From assembly GCF_018350175.1 (NCBI RefSeq), contig NC_058382.1, forward strand, positions 54,500,001-54,564,000: a DNA stretch of 64,000 nt. Direction: 5' to 3'. Of the stretch, positions 26,473 through 38,313 are shown piece by piece. The notes beneath the pieces were generated by a model. It was not told the origin of the DNA and searched no databases. It was given only the letters and a program-made list of their open reading frames with translations. The stretch's first letter is position 1. Each line of letters starts with the position of its first letter. This DNA comes from Felis catus. Taxonomy: Eukaryota. A program made the position numbers and the translations under genes.

Positions 26473-27094
26473 TAAAACAAATCCAGAAAAGTCCCTTGTT
26501 TAGAGTTTGAAAAAACTGTTCTCCAGGAAAAACTGTAAACTTAATACACAATGCTTTCTAAAACATGCATTTTTTAAGGCCTACTTTCAGAAAGCCCTGG
26601 AATTAGTTAAATTAGTATTTCTGCAACTATTTCAAACTATGCACCATATTCAGCAGAAGTAGCAGACGCAGCAGGGTACCGCCTACCCTACAGTCTTCTA
26701 CTTATCACAGTTGCAAAGGGACCAAATCTAAACATCTGCTATTGAGTGACTAGTGCTCCCAAACACAGACCATGCGCCACTGCTACCGAAAGGAACCCCT
26801 GGGCTACCTGGGGGAAAGATCCCTAAGGCTCTCAAGTTCCACCACATAGTTTCCTAAGGAATGGAAGCTGCAACTCTCCCTGAACAAACAACAGTACTCA
26901 GCAGGTACTGAGCATTCTGCCAAATCACCTGAATTTCAGAGAAAAAAGAATCAGTCCATGTACCTCAAAGAACGCACAGGCTAGTGAGGGAACGTTCTTG
27001 TAAATGCACATAGTAAATGCCCAATCAATGCTTGCCAAATGTTGAATTCAGGATTATTGTAGAACTGAGAATTGGTTCACACCTCAACATAGTT

Positions 27095-27117
27095 AACAAC
27101 AACAACAACAACAACAA
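27095..27117. repeat. (AAC)n microsatellite
   Basis: About 7 AAC units. Confidence 0.9.
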
Positions 27118-28004
27118 AAGAATGGAAATGAGTGAGGCTCATTTTAAATAAACTAAACACGCGCAGAAGCCTGTATGTACAGGAAAGGAGACACAAGGGT
27201 GTCACAACAGAATTCCTTCGCCAGCGCCAACCTCTTTCATGCAGTTAAAGTTTTAAATGAAAGTTTCCAGAACGCGGGTTTACTTAAGACTCTTCATTAA
27301 GCACCTTGCGTGAACCTACAAACACGGTAACTTTTAATTCCAATAAAAGGGACCCGAATGTCTACCTTCCTTGCAAAGTGTACTGATGGGGATCTCCATG
27401 GATTCTCGCTTCGCAAGACAGACTGGTGGCAACTTTCACTGCAGCTGACAGGTGCAGCTACATGCAATTTCTAACTCCGAGATGATAATAATAATCACGC
27501 GATTCATTGAGCGCTCACCGCTCCTAGTGTCAAACGCTGTGAATGGCTTCCCTTCTGACCATCGATGCGATGGGTTGTACCCATTTTACAAGCGTGGAAG
27601 CCGAGGCTCAAGGAGAGGAGGAGCCCACCCCATCCCCCGCCCAGGTCACTAGGCTCGCGAGTGGCGAGACAGACCGCAGCGAAGAGAGAAAGGTCTAGAC
27701 CAAAGCATTCTCTCAACTACCTCGGCAACTGCCTGCGGGCGGAGGGCCCCGGACGCGCCTCCAGCTACAACCGCAAAGCCCCCCGCGAGGTGGTCTGCCT
27801 CGAAGCAGGGCGAGCCACGGCCGCCCTGAGGACCAGGGACCTGACCTTCAAGGTCCCAACCTCCGACAGGGGCAGGAAGGGACACGGCGGGGCGCGCGCG
27901 AGCAGGGCACGAGAGGAGGGACAGGTGGGTGTCCCGCGGCCTCCCAGGACACCGCGGCCAGGAAGAGAGCGCTCCTCGGAACGACCGGGACTCCTGAGAC
28001 TCAC

Positions 28005-28180
28005 CCGACTCGAAGCCACACAGGGAGGACTGAAGTGACAGTCACCAGCGAAGACTCCCCATCCAAAGGCCGGCGGCCTGGGCGCCGGAGTCGCAGCAGC
28101 TCCGGGTGGCGAAGTCCCCCGCGCCCTCCACAGCTGACCCGGCTCGGCGCGGCCAGCCCCCGCTGCTCCCGGCCTCTGAG
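28005..28180 (-). other. CMC2: CMC2 noncoding exon 1 (5' end approximate)
   Basis: Strong minus-strand donor GAGTCGG|gtgagt at 28005/28004 inside the CpG island; splices to the acceptor at 20797. Confidence 0.75.
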
Positions 28181-28439
28181 GCGCATGCGCCACCCGGCCT
28201 GGACGGGCCCACTTGCGGGCGCTGGGGGGAGGGAGAGCGAGTGCACTGAGGCACGGCCGGGCCTAAAAACAGCAAACCGAGCCAACAAGCCAGATTTCGT
28301 GGCTGAGGTTAACTGCGTTTAACTAATGGTCTCTACCAACAAGAGTGATGCGGGGACTTGGCGAGTTTCACTTCTGCCGCTCCCCGACGCAGCTCCCTGT
28401 GCCTAGGGTACAATCCAAAGATAGAGCTCCGGGGTGGGC

Positions 28440-28535
28440 GGGGCTGGAGGGCGACGGGAACTGCAATTGGTGGCTTTGAAGGAGCAGCGGGCGGGAACGG
28501 CTGCCGAGAAGAGACACTGCTGGAGATGACCGACT
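28440..28535 (+). other. CENPN: CENPN noncoding exon 1 (5' end approximate)
   Basis: Donor GACT|gtaaga at 28535/28536, downstream of the CCAAT/CHR/E2F cluster. Confidence 0.65.
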
Positions 28536-29032
28536 GTAAGAGGTCCGCGCGCGGCGTGGGATCGGGACCTTGAGTGTGGCGGGAGCCTCGAGAAAACCAC
28601 ATCTCAGGCTTGTGGGGCGACTTTTTCACGTCTGCCACACGTCTCAAGGTGCGGGATTGGCGCTGGGCCTCGGGCAAGAAGTGGGGGACTACAGTTGAGG
28701 CCGGGATAAGAGGGCGGTGATACTATCCGTGACGTCACCTCCGCCCGCAGTGGGGCGGGGCCTTACTGGGATGTACGTAAGTTCCGGAGCCTCCGCCAGT
28801 TGTCACGTGGCGGGTTATTTCGCTATCCGACCCTTGGGTTGCTGCTGTGCTGGGAGTCGGGTGTTTTGGTTTTTTTTTTAAGTCAGCCTTGGCGTCCGTT
28901 TTTTTTTTCCGTCCGTGCGCCTGTCGTATTTTTCCTAATGCTCCAGTGGCAGCCCTTCCATGTAGATCTACAGAAAAGTTACCTAAAAGGGCTCTTGTCA
29001 TGCATTCATTCAACAAATGTCTTGAGGAGCTG

Positions 29033-29161
29033 CTATATATATGTATGTATATGTATATATGTGTGTGCGTGTGTGTATATGTATATATATGTGTGTGTAT
29101 ATATATATATGCATGTGTATATATATATGTATGTGTGTGTATATATATATATATATACACA

Positions 29162-29200
<39 letters not shown>
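29033..29200. repeat. Compound (TA)n/(TG)n microsatellite in CENPN intron 1
   Basis: About 165 bp of alternating purine-pyrimidine sequence ending in a pure (TA)n run. Confidence 0.97.
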
Positions 29201-29204
<4 letters not shown>

Positions 29205-29792
29205 CAGGCACTGTGCTACTAAGAACTAGAAGTAAAAAGAAATTAGTCACAGGGAATCAGGAATTTGCTCAAGGGTTTACCAGCTTTATTGGTGAGACTG
29301 AATGCTCTCTACCAGAAGTCTGTAGAATGGCATTTTGCAAACTTAACCCAAAATGAAGAATCTTCTGAAGCATTCTAAAAGTGCAAGCTCTCGCGCAGCT
29401 GGGTGCCCGACTCCACCCCCACCCCTCTCCCCCCAGTTCAAATTGATGGAGCCCTGGGAATGCATTTTTACAAGCCTACCCCCTCCCTTTCCCCCCTCCC
29501 CCCACCCCGCGCCAGTGTTTTCAGTGGGAGAGGTTGGTTTGATATATCAGTGACTGTTGGACCCTATTTCTTCCCAGGGTATCGCCTCACACACTGCTTA
29601 CGGAGAATATCTAATATTTCATTCCACATGTATTTATCATTTAGGGATATAGCCATGAATAAGGCAAACATAGTTCCTACTCTAGTGGCTCAATATTTTA
29701 AGACAGTAATCAATAGGCAAGATCATTTTAGATAGTTTTGTGAAGACAGTAAGCAATGGAAGGTGGAGAGATACCTTTAGAATGGGTGGTCA

Positions 29793-29985
29793 GGGGCGCC
29801 TGAGTGGCTCAGTTGGTTAAATGTGCAACTCTTGCTTTCAGTTCAGGTCATGATCTCAGGGTTTGTGGGCTCGAGCCCTGAGTGGGCTCTGCGCTGACAG
29901 CTTGGAGCCTCTTTGGAATTCTGCCCCTGCCCTGCTCACTCTCTTCGTCTCTCTCTCAAAATAAACAAATTAAAAAAAAAAAAAA
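29793..29985 (+). mobile_element. CanSINE
   Basis: GGGGCGCCTGAGTGGCTCAG head; TSD AATGGGTGG(T/G)CAG. Confidence 0.9.
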
Positions 29986-30777
29986 AATGGGTGGGCAGAA
30001 TAAGCCTCTCTCAGTAGAAGCCATCTGAGCTGAGACCTAAATTCAAGAGTTACCCAGGTGAATAATGTGCATGATGAACCTGAATGTTCTAGGCAGGGGT
30101 AACTGCAAGTACAATGAGCCTTCTCTGGAAGTATCCTTCTGTACTAGAGGAACTAAACACCAATGTAGCTGGAGTTCAGAAAGCCAGAGAGAGAGAGAGA
30201 GAGAGTGATAGATGATGGGGAGGGAGGCAAGAAGCAAACCCAGGGCCTTATAGACCATGGTGAGGATTTTAGTGTTGACATTAAGGTAGGTTGGTCCTGT
30301 ATCTGGATAAGAAAACAAATCAGAGTCCATTTTCATGATCTTGATTCTGTTCTGCTCTCTATTATTTTTCTCCTTCTAAAGTCCTAAAAGTTCCCCACCT
30401 TTTTTTTTTTTTCCTGGAAGTGTTGTTTTCAGTATCTTCTTAAAATCATGTCGACTGTCAGTATCTTTTTGGAAATGGGCAATGGTAATAGATTGTATGC
30501 AATGTTAAACACTCAAGTGGTAGCATTGAGTCACAGCCTGGATTCCGATAGGGGGATACTTCTCTCTTTGTCCTTTTGCTAATCTTCTAGGCGTGGTGGA
30601 AGTAGATGAGATAGACAGACTGACTTCTGCCCCTTTTCTTAAATTTGGATACCAAGGTCTCGATGCTCTTTCTTGTCAGATAGGCAGAGAATTTAAGCTT
30701 AAATTCTGCAGACACCTTGCTTCATCTTTGTTGAGAAACCATGCTTGCTTTTGATGTGCCATACATATATATATATA

Positions 30778-30988
30778 TTTTTTTAGTTTATTTCTTTTGA
30801 GAGAGAACGTGCCCGCACGCATGTTGGGGAAGGGCAGAGAGAGAGGGAGAGAAAGAGAGAATCCAAAGCAGGCTCCGAGCTGCCAGCACAGGGCTCGACG
30901 TGGGGCTCAAACTCACAAAAGGCGAGACCATGACCTGAGCCAAAATCAAGAGTTCATTGCTTAACTGATTGAGCCACACAGGCACGCC
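30778..30988 (-). mobile_element. CanSINE
   Basis: Reverse-complement head, (GA)n, T-rich tail. Confidence 0.88.
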
Positions 30989-31379
30989 TGTGTACCATAT
31001 TTTAAAATGGGGGGCAGGGGGAAGATGCCCATCAGTGCCCCCAGATGAGGTAACAGTTGAGATCAGCTGCCACCCTTGGCCCACAGCTTCTGCCCTGAGG
31101 AAGGTAATGAAAGGGCTCAGAACCCCCCTTCCCAGTGCCACAGCTGTAAGACAGCCACTAAGAGATGCTCCTGAAGATCATTGCCCTTGTCTGTTGCTGA
31201 GGGAGCCATGCCAGATTTGGGGCTCAAGACCTTTAGGATGGTTGAAGACTCTCCCTGTCAGGCAGCAGGCAGGGAAAGTGAGGTAATAACACTATGTTAG
31301 CTGGTAATCCCTTAAATGAGAAAGAGACTGCAGCCCTCTTCACCTCTATCTCTTACTGTGTCCTCTGGACTCCTGCATC

Positions 31380-32230
31380 CTACTGTTTATCAGCATCTCC
31401 TCTTGGAGGCTAACAACCTTCAAACGTGCATGTTCGAAATGGAATTCTTGAGCTTGCCTCTGCCCACACCTCTAGTCTTCCCCAACTCAGGGGATAGCAG
31501 TTCTGTCCTTTCAGCTGCCTGATACAAACATCGGTGTCACCTCTGGTCCCTCTTTCTCTCGTAACCCCACATCGAGTCCATCAGGAAATCCCGTGGGCTC
31601 TTCCTTAAAAGCAGATCCAGAATCTGACCTCTTCCCAACCCTCCCCCTCGGTCCACCATCATCTCCTATCTGCATTGCAGCAGCCTCCTACCTGGCTTCC
31701 TGCTTCCGCCCTCCACCCCCTCCAAGACAGTAGCCAGATTGATCCTGGTAGAAAACCTAAACGAGCATATCCCACCTCTTCTCAGGATCTTCCAGCAGCC
31801 AGTGCCTGTCAGAGTAGAAGCCAACATCGTGGCAGTGACCCCTGGGCCCTCCGTATTCTCTGACCTTATTACCTCCTCTGTGCCTCCTTACTGTCTACAC
31901 TGTGGCCTCACTGGAGGCATCCTTCACATCCTTCACTGTTCCTTGAAAGCCCCAGGGCTTTTGCACTTGCTGTACCCTTTGCCCAGCAAGTTCTTTCACC
32001 AGCCAGCCACATGGCTCACTCTTTCTTCCAAGTACGGGCTCAACCGTCACCTGTATGAAGCCTCCTCATTCCATCCCCACCACCCCGACTTGTTCCCAGC
32101 CTGCTCCACTTTAACTATGGTTCGTTTCCTAACACTGCTCTGTTCTCTCTGCAGCACTTAACACTTTTAACACAGTTTATGATTTTCTTGTTGCTTCTCT
32201 CTCCCCACTAGAATGGATGCTCACACTAGC
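31380..32230. mobile_element. L2 remnant (other L2 patches at about 9330-10190, 30000-30290, 36270-37000, 40550-41280)
   Basis: C/T-rich L2 motifs such as ATCCAGAATCTGACCTCTTC...CCTCCTACCTGGCTTCCTGCTTCC and CAGGGCTTTTGCACTTGCTGT. Confidence 0.7.
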
Positions 32231-32244
32231 AGGGTTTTTGTCTT

Positions 32245-32444
32245 TTTATTTTTCTAAGTTTTTATTTATTTATTAGAGAATGAGTAGGGTAGGAGCAGGG
32301 GGGGCGGGGGGGGGGGGGTGGATGATCTGAAACGGGCTCTGTGCTAACAGCAGAGAGCCCAATACAGGGCTCAGACTCACAAACTGTGAGATCATGACCT
32401 AAGCCAAAGTCCATTGTTTAACCAACTGAGTCACTCAGGCGCCC
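32245..32444 (-). mobile_element. CanSINE
   Basis: Reverse-complement head; TSD-like TTTTTGTCTTTTT on both sides. Confidence 0.88.
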
Positions 32445-32848
32445 TGGGATTTTTGTCTTTTTGGTTAAAGGTGTGTCTCTCCCCCATGCCTGCAAAAGTG
32501 CCTGGCACACATGGGTGCTCAGGTTTTGTTAGGTGAATGAGTAAATGAATGAATGATTTACCTGTCATTCCCATCAAAGATTAAAATACTCTAGCCTGTC
32601 AAGGAGAGGGAGCACTAATTTTTAAAACCTCCAAAGCCATTTAAATACGTGGCTTAAGGAGCGAAGAATCAAATCCTCCTTTTGAAACACTTTGCAGAAT
32701 GCCTGAAAAAAAAGGTAAACGTTTGGGTGTTTGACCTACAAATCAAAATCCTGGCTAAAAACATGCTGAAAAATTCCATTAAGTTAACCTTTGATATTTG
32801 ATTAATACTTTGCTGTGCTGTTTTTGTTTTTATTGAAGTGCCAAAGAA

Positions 32849-33019
32849 ATGGATGAAACTGTTGCCGAGTTTATCAAGAGGACCATCTTGAAAATCCCAA
32901 TGACTGAAATGATGACAATCCTCAAAGCCTGGGATTTTTTGCCTGAAAATCAACTGCAGACAGTAAACTTCCGGCAGAGAAAGGAATCTCTCGTTCAGGA
33001 CTTGGTTCTGCTCTGTGAG
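32849..33019 (+). CDS. CENPN: CENPN exon 2 (exon starts 32839)
   Basis: ttattgaag|TGCCAAAGAA-ATG; MDETVAEFIKRTILKIPMTEMMTILKAWDFLPENQLQTVNFRQRKESLVQDLVLLCE|gtgata. Confidence 0.97.
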
Positions 33020-33102
33020 GTGATAAGTGTTCAGGATGATGAACCTTAAGCATCATGCAACCCCTTTGGTTTTTTTCTTTTAATAAGATTTTTTTTAATA
33101 AG

Positions 33103-33518
33103 GTTTTTTTTTTTTTAATGTTTATTTTTGAGAGAGAGAGAGAGAGAGAGAGAGAGCAAGCATGAGCAGGGGAGGTGCAGAGAGAGAGAGAGAGGGATGT
33201 AGGGTCTGAAGCGGGCTCTGCACTGACAGCAGTGAGCCCAGTATGGGGCTCAAACTCAACAAACCGTGAGATCATGACCTGAGTCAGATGCTCAACCGAC
33301 TGAGCCACCCGGGCGCTCCAAAGGTTTTCTTTCTTTTTTCAGTGTTTATTTATTTTGAGAGAGTATGAGTGGAGGAGGGGAAGAGAGAGAATCTCAGGCA
33401 GGCTTCCTTCTGTCAGCACGGAACCCAGAGCAGGGCTCGATCTCAGGAACTGTGAGATCATGACCTGAGCCGAAATCAAGAGTCAGACACTTAACTCACT
33501 GAGCCACCCAGGCGCCCC
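33103..33518 (-). mobile_element. Two adjacent antisense CanSINEs (about 33103-33319 and 33325-33518)
   Basis: Two reverse-complement heads ending near 33319 and 33518. Confidence 0.9.
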
Positions 33519-33999
33519 ACTTCCTTTTTTGAGTCTAAAAGAAATTTAGTGCAGCTGCTAAGCTGTGAAGGGATGTGGGCTACTTACTACTACAGTGAGG
33601 AAGAAGCTAATTTTTGATTGGCTTTTTCAACTTCCAAAGAATGCCTACGTATCAGTGAGAAAGTGACCACCATGGGGGAACATACAATCCATACAAGTTA
33701 AAATAATGAGAAGTATTCTTTTTTTACCTATTAGATTTTGTACCTAAAGATGAAAAGGCTAATACTCAGATGTGTTGGTAAAGTTGTATGGGAAGAGACC
33801 CCCCCTCTTTCACGTATATTTATTAACTTTTCATTTTAAAACAATTTCAGATTTTCAGGAAAGTTGCAAGCATAAGTATAAAGAACGCCCCTATTCCTGT
33901 ACATTCTCCCCTCATTCACTTTTAAATAGATATGCTTTATGACCCAGCATTTCCACTGTGGGAGATTTATATGGAAAAATTAATAAAAAACAAGGAGGT

Positions 34000-34218
34000 G
34001 GGGCACCTGGGTGGCTCAGTCAGTTAAGCGACCGACTTTGGCTCAGGTCATAATCTCACAGTTTATGGGTTCAAACCTTGCGTCAGCTATGCTGACATCT
34101 CAGAGCCTGTAGCCTACTCCGGATTCTGTGTCTCGCTCTCTCTCTGCCCCTCCCCAGCTCGCTCTCTCTCTCTCTCTCTCTCCCAGAAATAAACATTAAA
34201 AAATTAAAAAAAAAAAAA
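34000..34218 (+). mobile_element. CanSINE
   Basis: GGGGCACCTGGGTGGCTCAG head, (CT)n, A tail. Confidence 0.9.
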
Positions 34219-34459
34219 GAGGTATAAGTATTATAATCGATACTCATATACTTAGATACAAACATGTAAGTATGTATACATAAATAAGATGTTAAGTAGC
34301 CTTGTTTAAAAAATAAAAAATTGGAAATAGCTGCACATAGGAGAGTACTGTTACGTCCACATAACAAAATATTCTTCAGCCATTAAATAAGATAAACTCG
34401 ATCTTTATGTACAACATCAAAAAACAATAATATGCATATATGTCAATGGATGTGTGTAG

Positions 34460-34650
34460 GGCAGTGGTTCTTAACTAGGACAATTTTGCCTGCAGTGTCT
34501 GGAGACATTTTTGGTTGTCAAACCTGTGGGAATACTACTGGCTCATGCTGGGCAGAGGCCAGAATGTTCCTTAACACCCTGGGACAGCCCTCCACACATA
34601 GAATTATCCGCCTCTGAATGTCAGTAATGCCCATTTGGGAAACCCTGATG
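34460..34650. mobile_element. MER20-type hAT remnant
   Basis: CAGTGGTTCTTAAC...TGTCTGGAGACATTTTTGGTTGTCA...GAAACCCTG. Confidence 0.8.
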
Positions 34651-34898
34651 TAGAGGAAGTTTAGAGGGATACAGCTGATTAAAAAACAAAACAGGAAGTT
34701 GAAAGTGATGAATGAGGAGTAGATTGTGGGGGGAGGAGTGGAGAGTGCCTTTACCGAGACAGGAGTCGGGTGTATCTGCTACTTGGCAGGAGAGCAGAGA
34801 TCGGTGACACTCGTTCTAAGCAACTCTAAAATGTGCTTTAAGTGTAGCAGAACCTAACTAGCCCCCACGTTCACTCAGTATTTTATCTTCTCTTTCAG

Positions 34899-34944
34899 AG
34901 TAAGCGTGCAAGTCTCCGTGACGCAGCCCTTTTAGACATCATTT
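34899..34944 (+). CDS. CENPN: CENPN exon 3
   Basis: tctctttcag|AGT AAG CGT...ATC ATT T|gtgagt; SKRASLRDAALLDII, 46 nt. Confidence 0.95.
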
Positions 34945-35621
34945 GTGAGTGTCGGTGATTTGTATTCACACTTACCCCTTCCCCTTTTGTCAGAGAGGCA
35001 GTTCTGGATGTCAGTCAGGTGGACCTGGTTTCAGTGCCTCCTCTGTCACTTACCAGTCTCCAGTCCCTCACCCGGTCACATGGCTTTGCTAGGCCTAGAC
35101 TCCTCCCAAGAAAAATGGAGAAACAATAGAACCTACTTCACAGGGTTGTTGGGAGGGTTAAATAAGATAATGCTTGAAAAGCTCTTTTAGCACAGTCACT
35201 GGCACACACTAAGCACGTTTGTTAGGCTCTTTATCTTTAACAGAAATTGAAATTTAATTTCCGAGAATTTGTTCCTATTACGGTGTAACTTGTTACCTCT
35301 CCTCCCCTTCCATTTCTTTCTCCCCACCCCACCCCCCCCCCGCCTTGTACCCTAGGTTTCTTCTCTGTATTTTCTTCTTTAAGATGTTTACTTCCCTCAT
35401 CAGGAGGCAACAGACTGTGGAGTCTAAGAACACAGGCTCCAGGGCCAGATTTCTCGGGTTCAGTTCATGGCTCTGTCATTGTCTCCCTGTGAGTCCTGGC
35501 GGAGGCCCTTGACATCTCTGCCTCGGTATTATCATTGGATAAACCTTTATAATAATGATGATGTCGCATAAGGTGACAGTGAGGATGAAATAAGTCCATG
35601 TCATGTTCTTAAAGTCTGGTA

Positions 35622-36050
35622 TGGGGCGCCTGGGTGGCTCAGTCGGCTGAGTGTCTGACTTCGGCTCAGGCCGTGATCTCGCAGTTCGTGAACTCGAGCC
35701 CCACATCAGGCTCTGTGCCGACAGCTCAGATTCTGTGTCTCCCCCTCTCTCTGCCCCTCCCGTGCTCACACTCTGTCTCTCAAACAAGGGGGTGCCTGAG
35801 TGGCTCAGTCGGTTAAGCTTCTGACTTGGGCTCAGCTCATGATCTTACAGTTGGGGCAGTAGGTTCGAGCCCCACATCGGGCTCTGTGCTGACAACTCAG
35901 AGTCGGGGGCTGCTGCAGATTCTGTGTCTCCCTCTCTGCTCCTGCCCCGCTCGTACTCTGTCTCTCTCTCTCAAAAATAAACATTAAAAAAATAATAATA
36001 AAATAAAGAGTAAACATTAAAAAACAAAAAAATTCTTAAAAAAAAAAAAA
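35622..36050 (+). mobile_element. Tandem or nested CanSINE pair
   Basis: Heads near 35622 and 35788; composite tail with two TAAACATTAAAA motifs. Confidence 0.9.
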
Positions 36051-37535
36051 CCTGGCATTTACTAATTAATCATTATCAGTTGATATTAACTGCCTCCTGT
36101 GACCTGGGGCATAACAACATTCTTCTTTATATTCCGCTCCAACTACGAAATAGCTGAATTCATTTAGCGCATCTGCCTCTGGTTGAGTGTGTCTCACTTT
36201 CAGTGACTGGATGATGTCTAGACCGTAAAGGGTAGATCCACATAGTTCCCCTTTCTCACGCATTTGTTCACATGTTCTTTGACTACTACCACGCAGTGGG
36301 CTATGTGCTAGGCACTGCTGGGTCCAACAGGTTGATTCATACTCTCTTAAGAGGCCCCAGTCTCGGGGGGGAGACAGGTCACCGAGTCACACAAATGCAT
36401 TCTCACAGACTGTCCCAAGTGCTGGGAAGGAGAAAAGGCAGGGGGTCTGTGAGACCAGAGGGGGGTCAGCCACACCAAGGGTTTAGGAAAGATTTCCTTG
36501 AAGACGTGAGCTGAGAGCCACAAAGGATGAGTGGCATTAACTAGGCAAAGGGGAAAGGGGACATAAAGGAGCAGGAGAGGAAAGGGCACAGCACCAGAAG
36601 GTCTTGGAGCAGGAGGGTAAGTAGGGGAGCAGAGAGAAGGCGGGAGATGGGAGTCCGGTGCTGCAGGAGGGGGTCAAAACAAATGAGGCATAGGTAGGAG
36701 GATAATTCAGAGACTCAGAAGCCCTTCGAAGGATTTCACTCTTTATTCTAAGAATAAAGCCAAGCCCTCCAAAGATTATGAGCAAGAAAAGAATCAGGTT
36801 CTTGTTTTTTCAAAACTCTCAGTGCAGAGACAGGGACGAGGGAGGACGGGAGAGACCCAACAGCAGCCTGTTGGAGCAGCCAAGCGAGACAGGGATATAG
36901 CCTGAGTGAGATGGGGGGGTGGGGGGGATGGAGAGAAGAGAGCGGGGGCAGGAAATGCAAGGGTTAAAGCAGACTGGACTTGGCTGGTAGTTCAGTCCTA
37001 GCAGAGTGAGCTCCCGGGTAGCTTTAAGAGCTACGGAGGAAAGTAGCACAGGGCACAGGGCGCAGTGGGCGGGTGCTTTGGGCAGGGGATCTGGGCAGGC
37101 TGCTGTGCATAGGTGGCCTCCCAGTAGACACCAGAATGAGGGGCACCTCGAGCTCGGAGAAGAGGGCTCTCGACAAAGGGAACAGCCAGTGCGAACACCA
37201 GTCGTGAGGAGCACAACATCCCTGTTCTGCTGGCTGAGTGAGGGGTTCCATGGAGGAGACCCGTGTGGGAATAGAAGAAATGGTCTAAGTAAGAGTAGAT
37301 GCGAAACCTCTACTGTATTGAGTAATCCTTTATGATTTGTTTTAGTTGTCCGGGGGAAATTTAATCCACGTAAAATTTATATTTGAATAAAAATGTGTAT
37401 GACCTAGTTGATAAGTTACTGTTATTTTCTCTGGCATCATATTACATTAAATACATATTTAAAATAGGTATGTATAAGCACGTTACTTGAGAGTTCTGTG
37501 ATGTGATAGTAATAAGCTCTTCCCCCCTCTCTCAG

Positions 37536-37595
37536 ATACTCAATTTCATCAGCACCAGAAAGTTTGGGATGTTTTTCAAATGAGTAAAGAACCAG
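37536..37595 (+). CDS. CENPN: CENPN exon 4
   Basis: ctctctcag|AT ACT CAA...CCA G|gtaat; (Y)TQFHQHQKVWDVFQMSKEP, 60 nt. Confidence 0.96.
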
Positions 37596-37607
37596 GTAAT
37601 GTTTTCC

Positions 37608-37728
37608 ATTTTTTTTTAATTTAATTTTATTTTATTTTTAGTAATCTCTACACCCAACGCGGGACTCGAACTCACAACCCCCAAGATCAAGAGTCACATG
37701 CTTTTCCAACTAGGCCAGCCAGGCACCC
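37608..37728 (-). mobile_element. Short tRNA-derived carnivore SINE
   Basis: GAACTCACAACCCCCAAGATCAAGAGTCACATGC...AGCCAGGCACCC; a similar copy lies at about 45260-45383. Confidence 0.8.
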
Positions 37729-37821
37729 TGGTGTTTTCCATTTTAAACTGAAATTTATATTTTATATTTTGGCATTTTTAAAAGGAATACTCATATGTTC
37801 CTCTGAAATGTCTCTTCTTTT

Positions 37822-37991
37822 GGGGGCACCTGGGTGGCTCAGTTGGTTAAGTGTCTGACTCTTGGTTTCAGCTCAGGTCATGATCTCATGGTTCGTGGGA
37901 TTGAGCCCCAAGTCAGGCTCTGTGCTGACAGTGCGGGGTCTGCTTAGGGCTCTCTCTCTCTCCCTCTCTCTGCTACTGCCCTGCGGGCGCG

Positions 37992-38041
<50 letters not shown>

Positions 38042-38085
38042 CTCTTGCTCTATCTCTCACATAAATAAACAAAAAAAAAATTTTT
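37822..38085 (+). mobile_element. CanSINE with long (CT)n
   Basis: Typical head; TSD AAATGTCTCTTCTTT. Confidence 0.9.
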
Positions 38086-38313
38086 TTAAATGTCTCTTCT
38101 TTCACAATGAGTAATTTCAAAATTACTCTTTTGTGGGCAAAATGAGAAGTATATTCAGTGACACTGTATCCAAGGTACCGGCAGCATTGGTATGATTAGA
38201 TCAGTGTCCCTCTTTGACGTTACACAAAATACTTAGCTTCAGAGTCCTTGCACATGTATTTCTTGAACATTTGTCTTTATTGATTTGTCTTTACTTTCTT
38301 TTGACCTTGACAG

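Larger units (their letters stand above)
10750..28180 (-). other. CMC2: CMC2 gene span (noncoding exon 1 plus three coding exons; ends approximate)
   Basis: Spliced CDS 20763-20683, 16128-16057, 12287-12201 = 240 nt, 79 aa: [79 protein letters not shown]. Two CX9C motifs; recognised as the mitochondrial COX assembly factor CMC2. TSS and 3' end are inferred. Confidence 0.95.
27640..28930. promoter_or_regulatory. CpG island / bidirectional CMC2-CENPN promoter
   Basis: GC- and CpG-rich. NRF1 palindrome GCGCATGCGC 28181-28190, GC box 28436-28443, inverted CCAAT 28466-28470, CHR-like TTTGAA 28475-28480, E2F-like GCGGGAA 28491-28497, CRE TGACGTCA 28730-28737, E-box CACGTG 28804-28809. Confidence 0.9.

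Noticed and set aside
27565..28677. Long overlapping ORFs on both strands in the CpG island
   Set aside because: Expected from stop-codon scarcity in GC-rich DNA; low-complexity R/P/G/A translations with no recognisable domain.
28735..29356. YIYI/CVCV-rich ORFs
   Set aside because: Translations of the TA/TG microsatellite.
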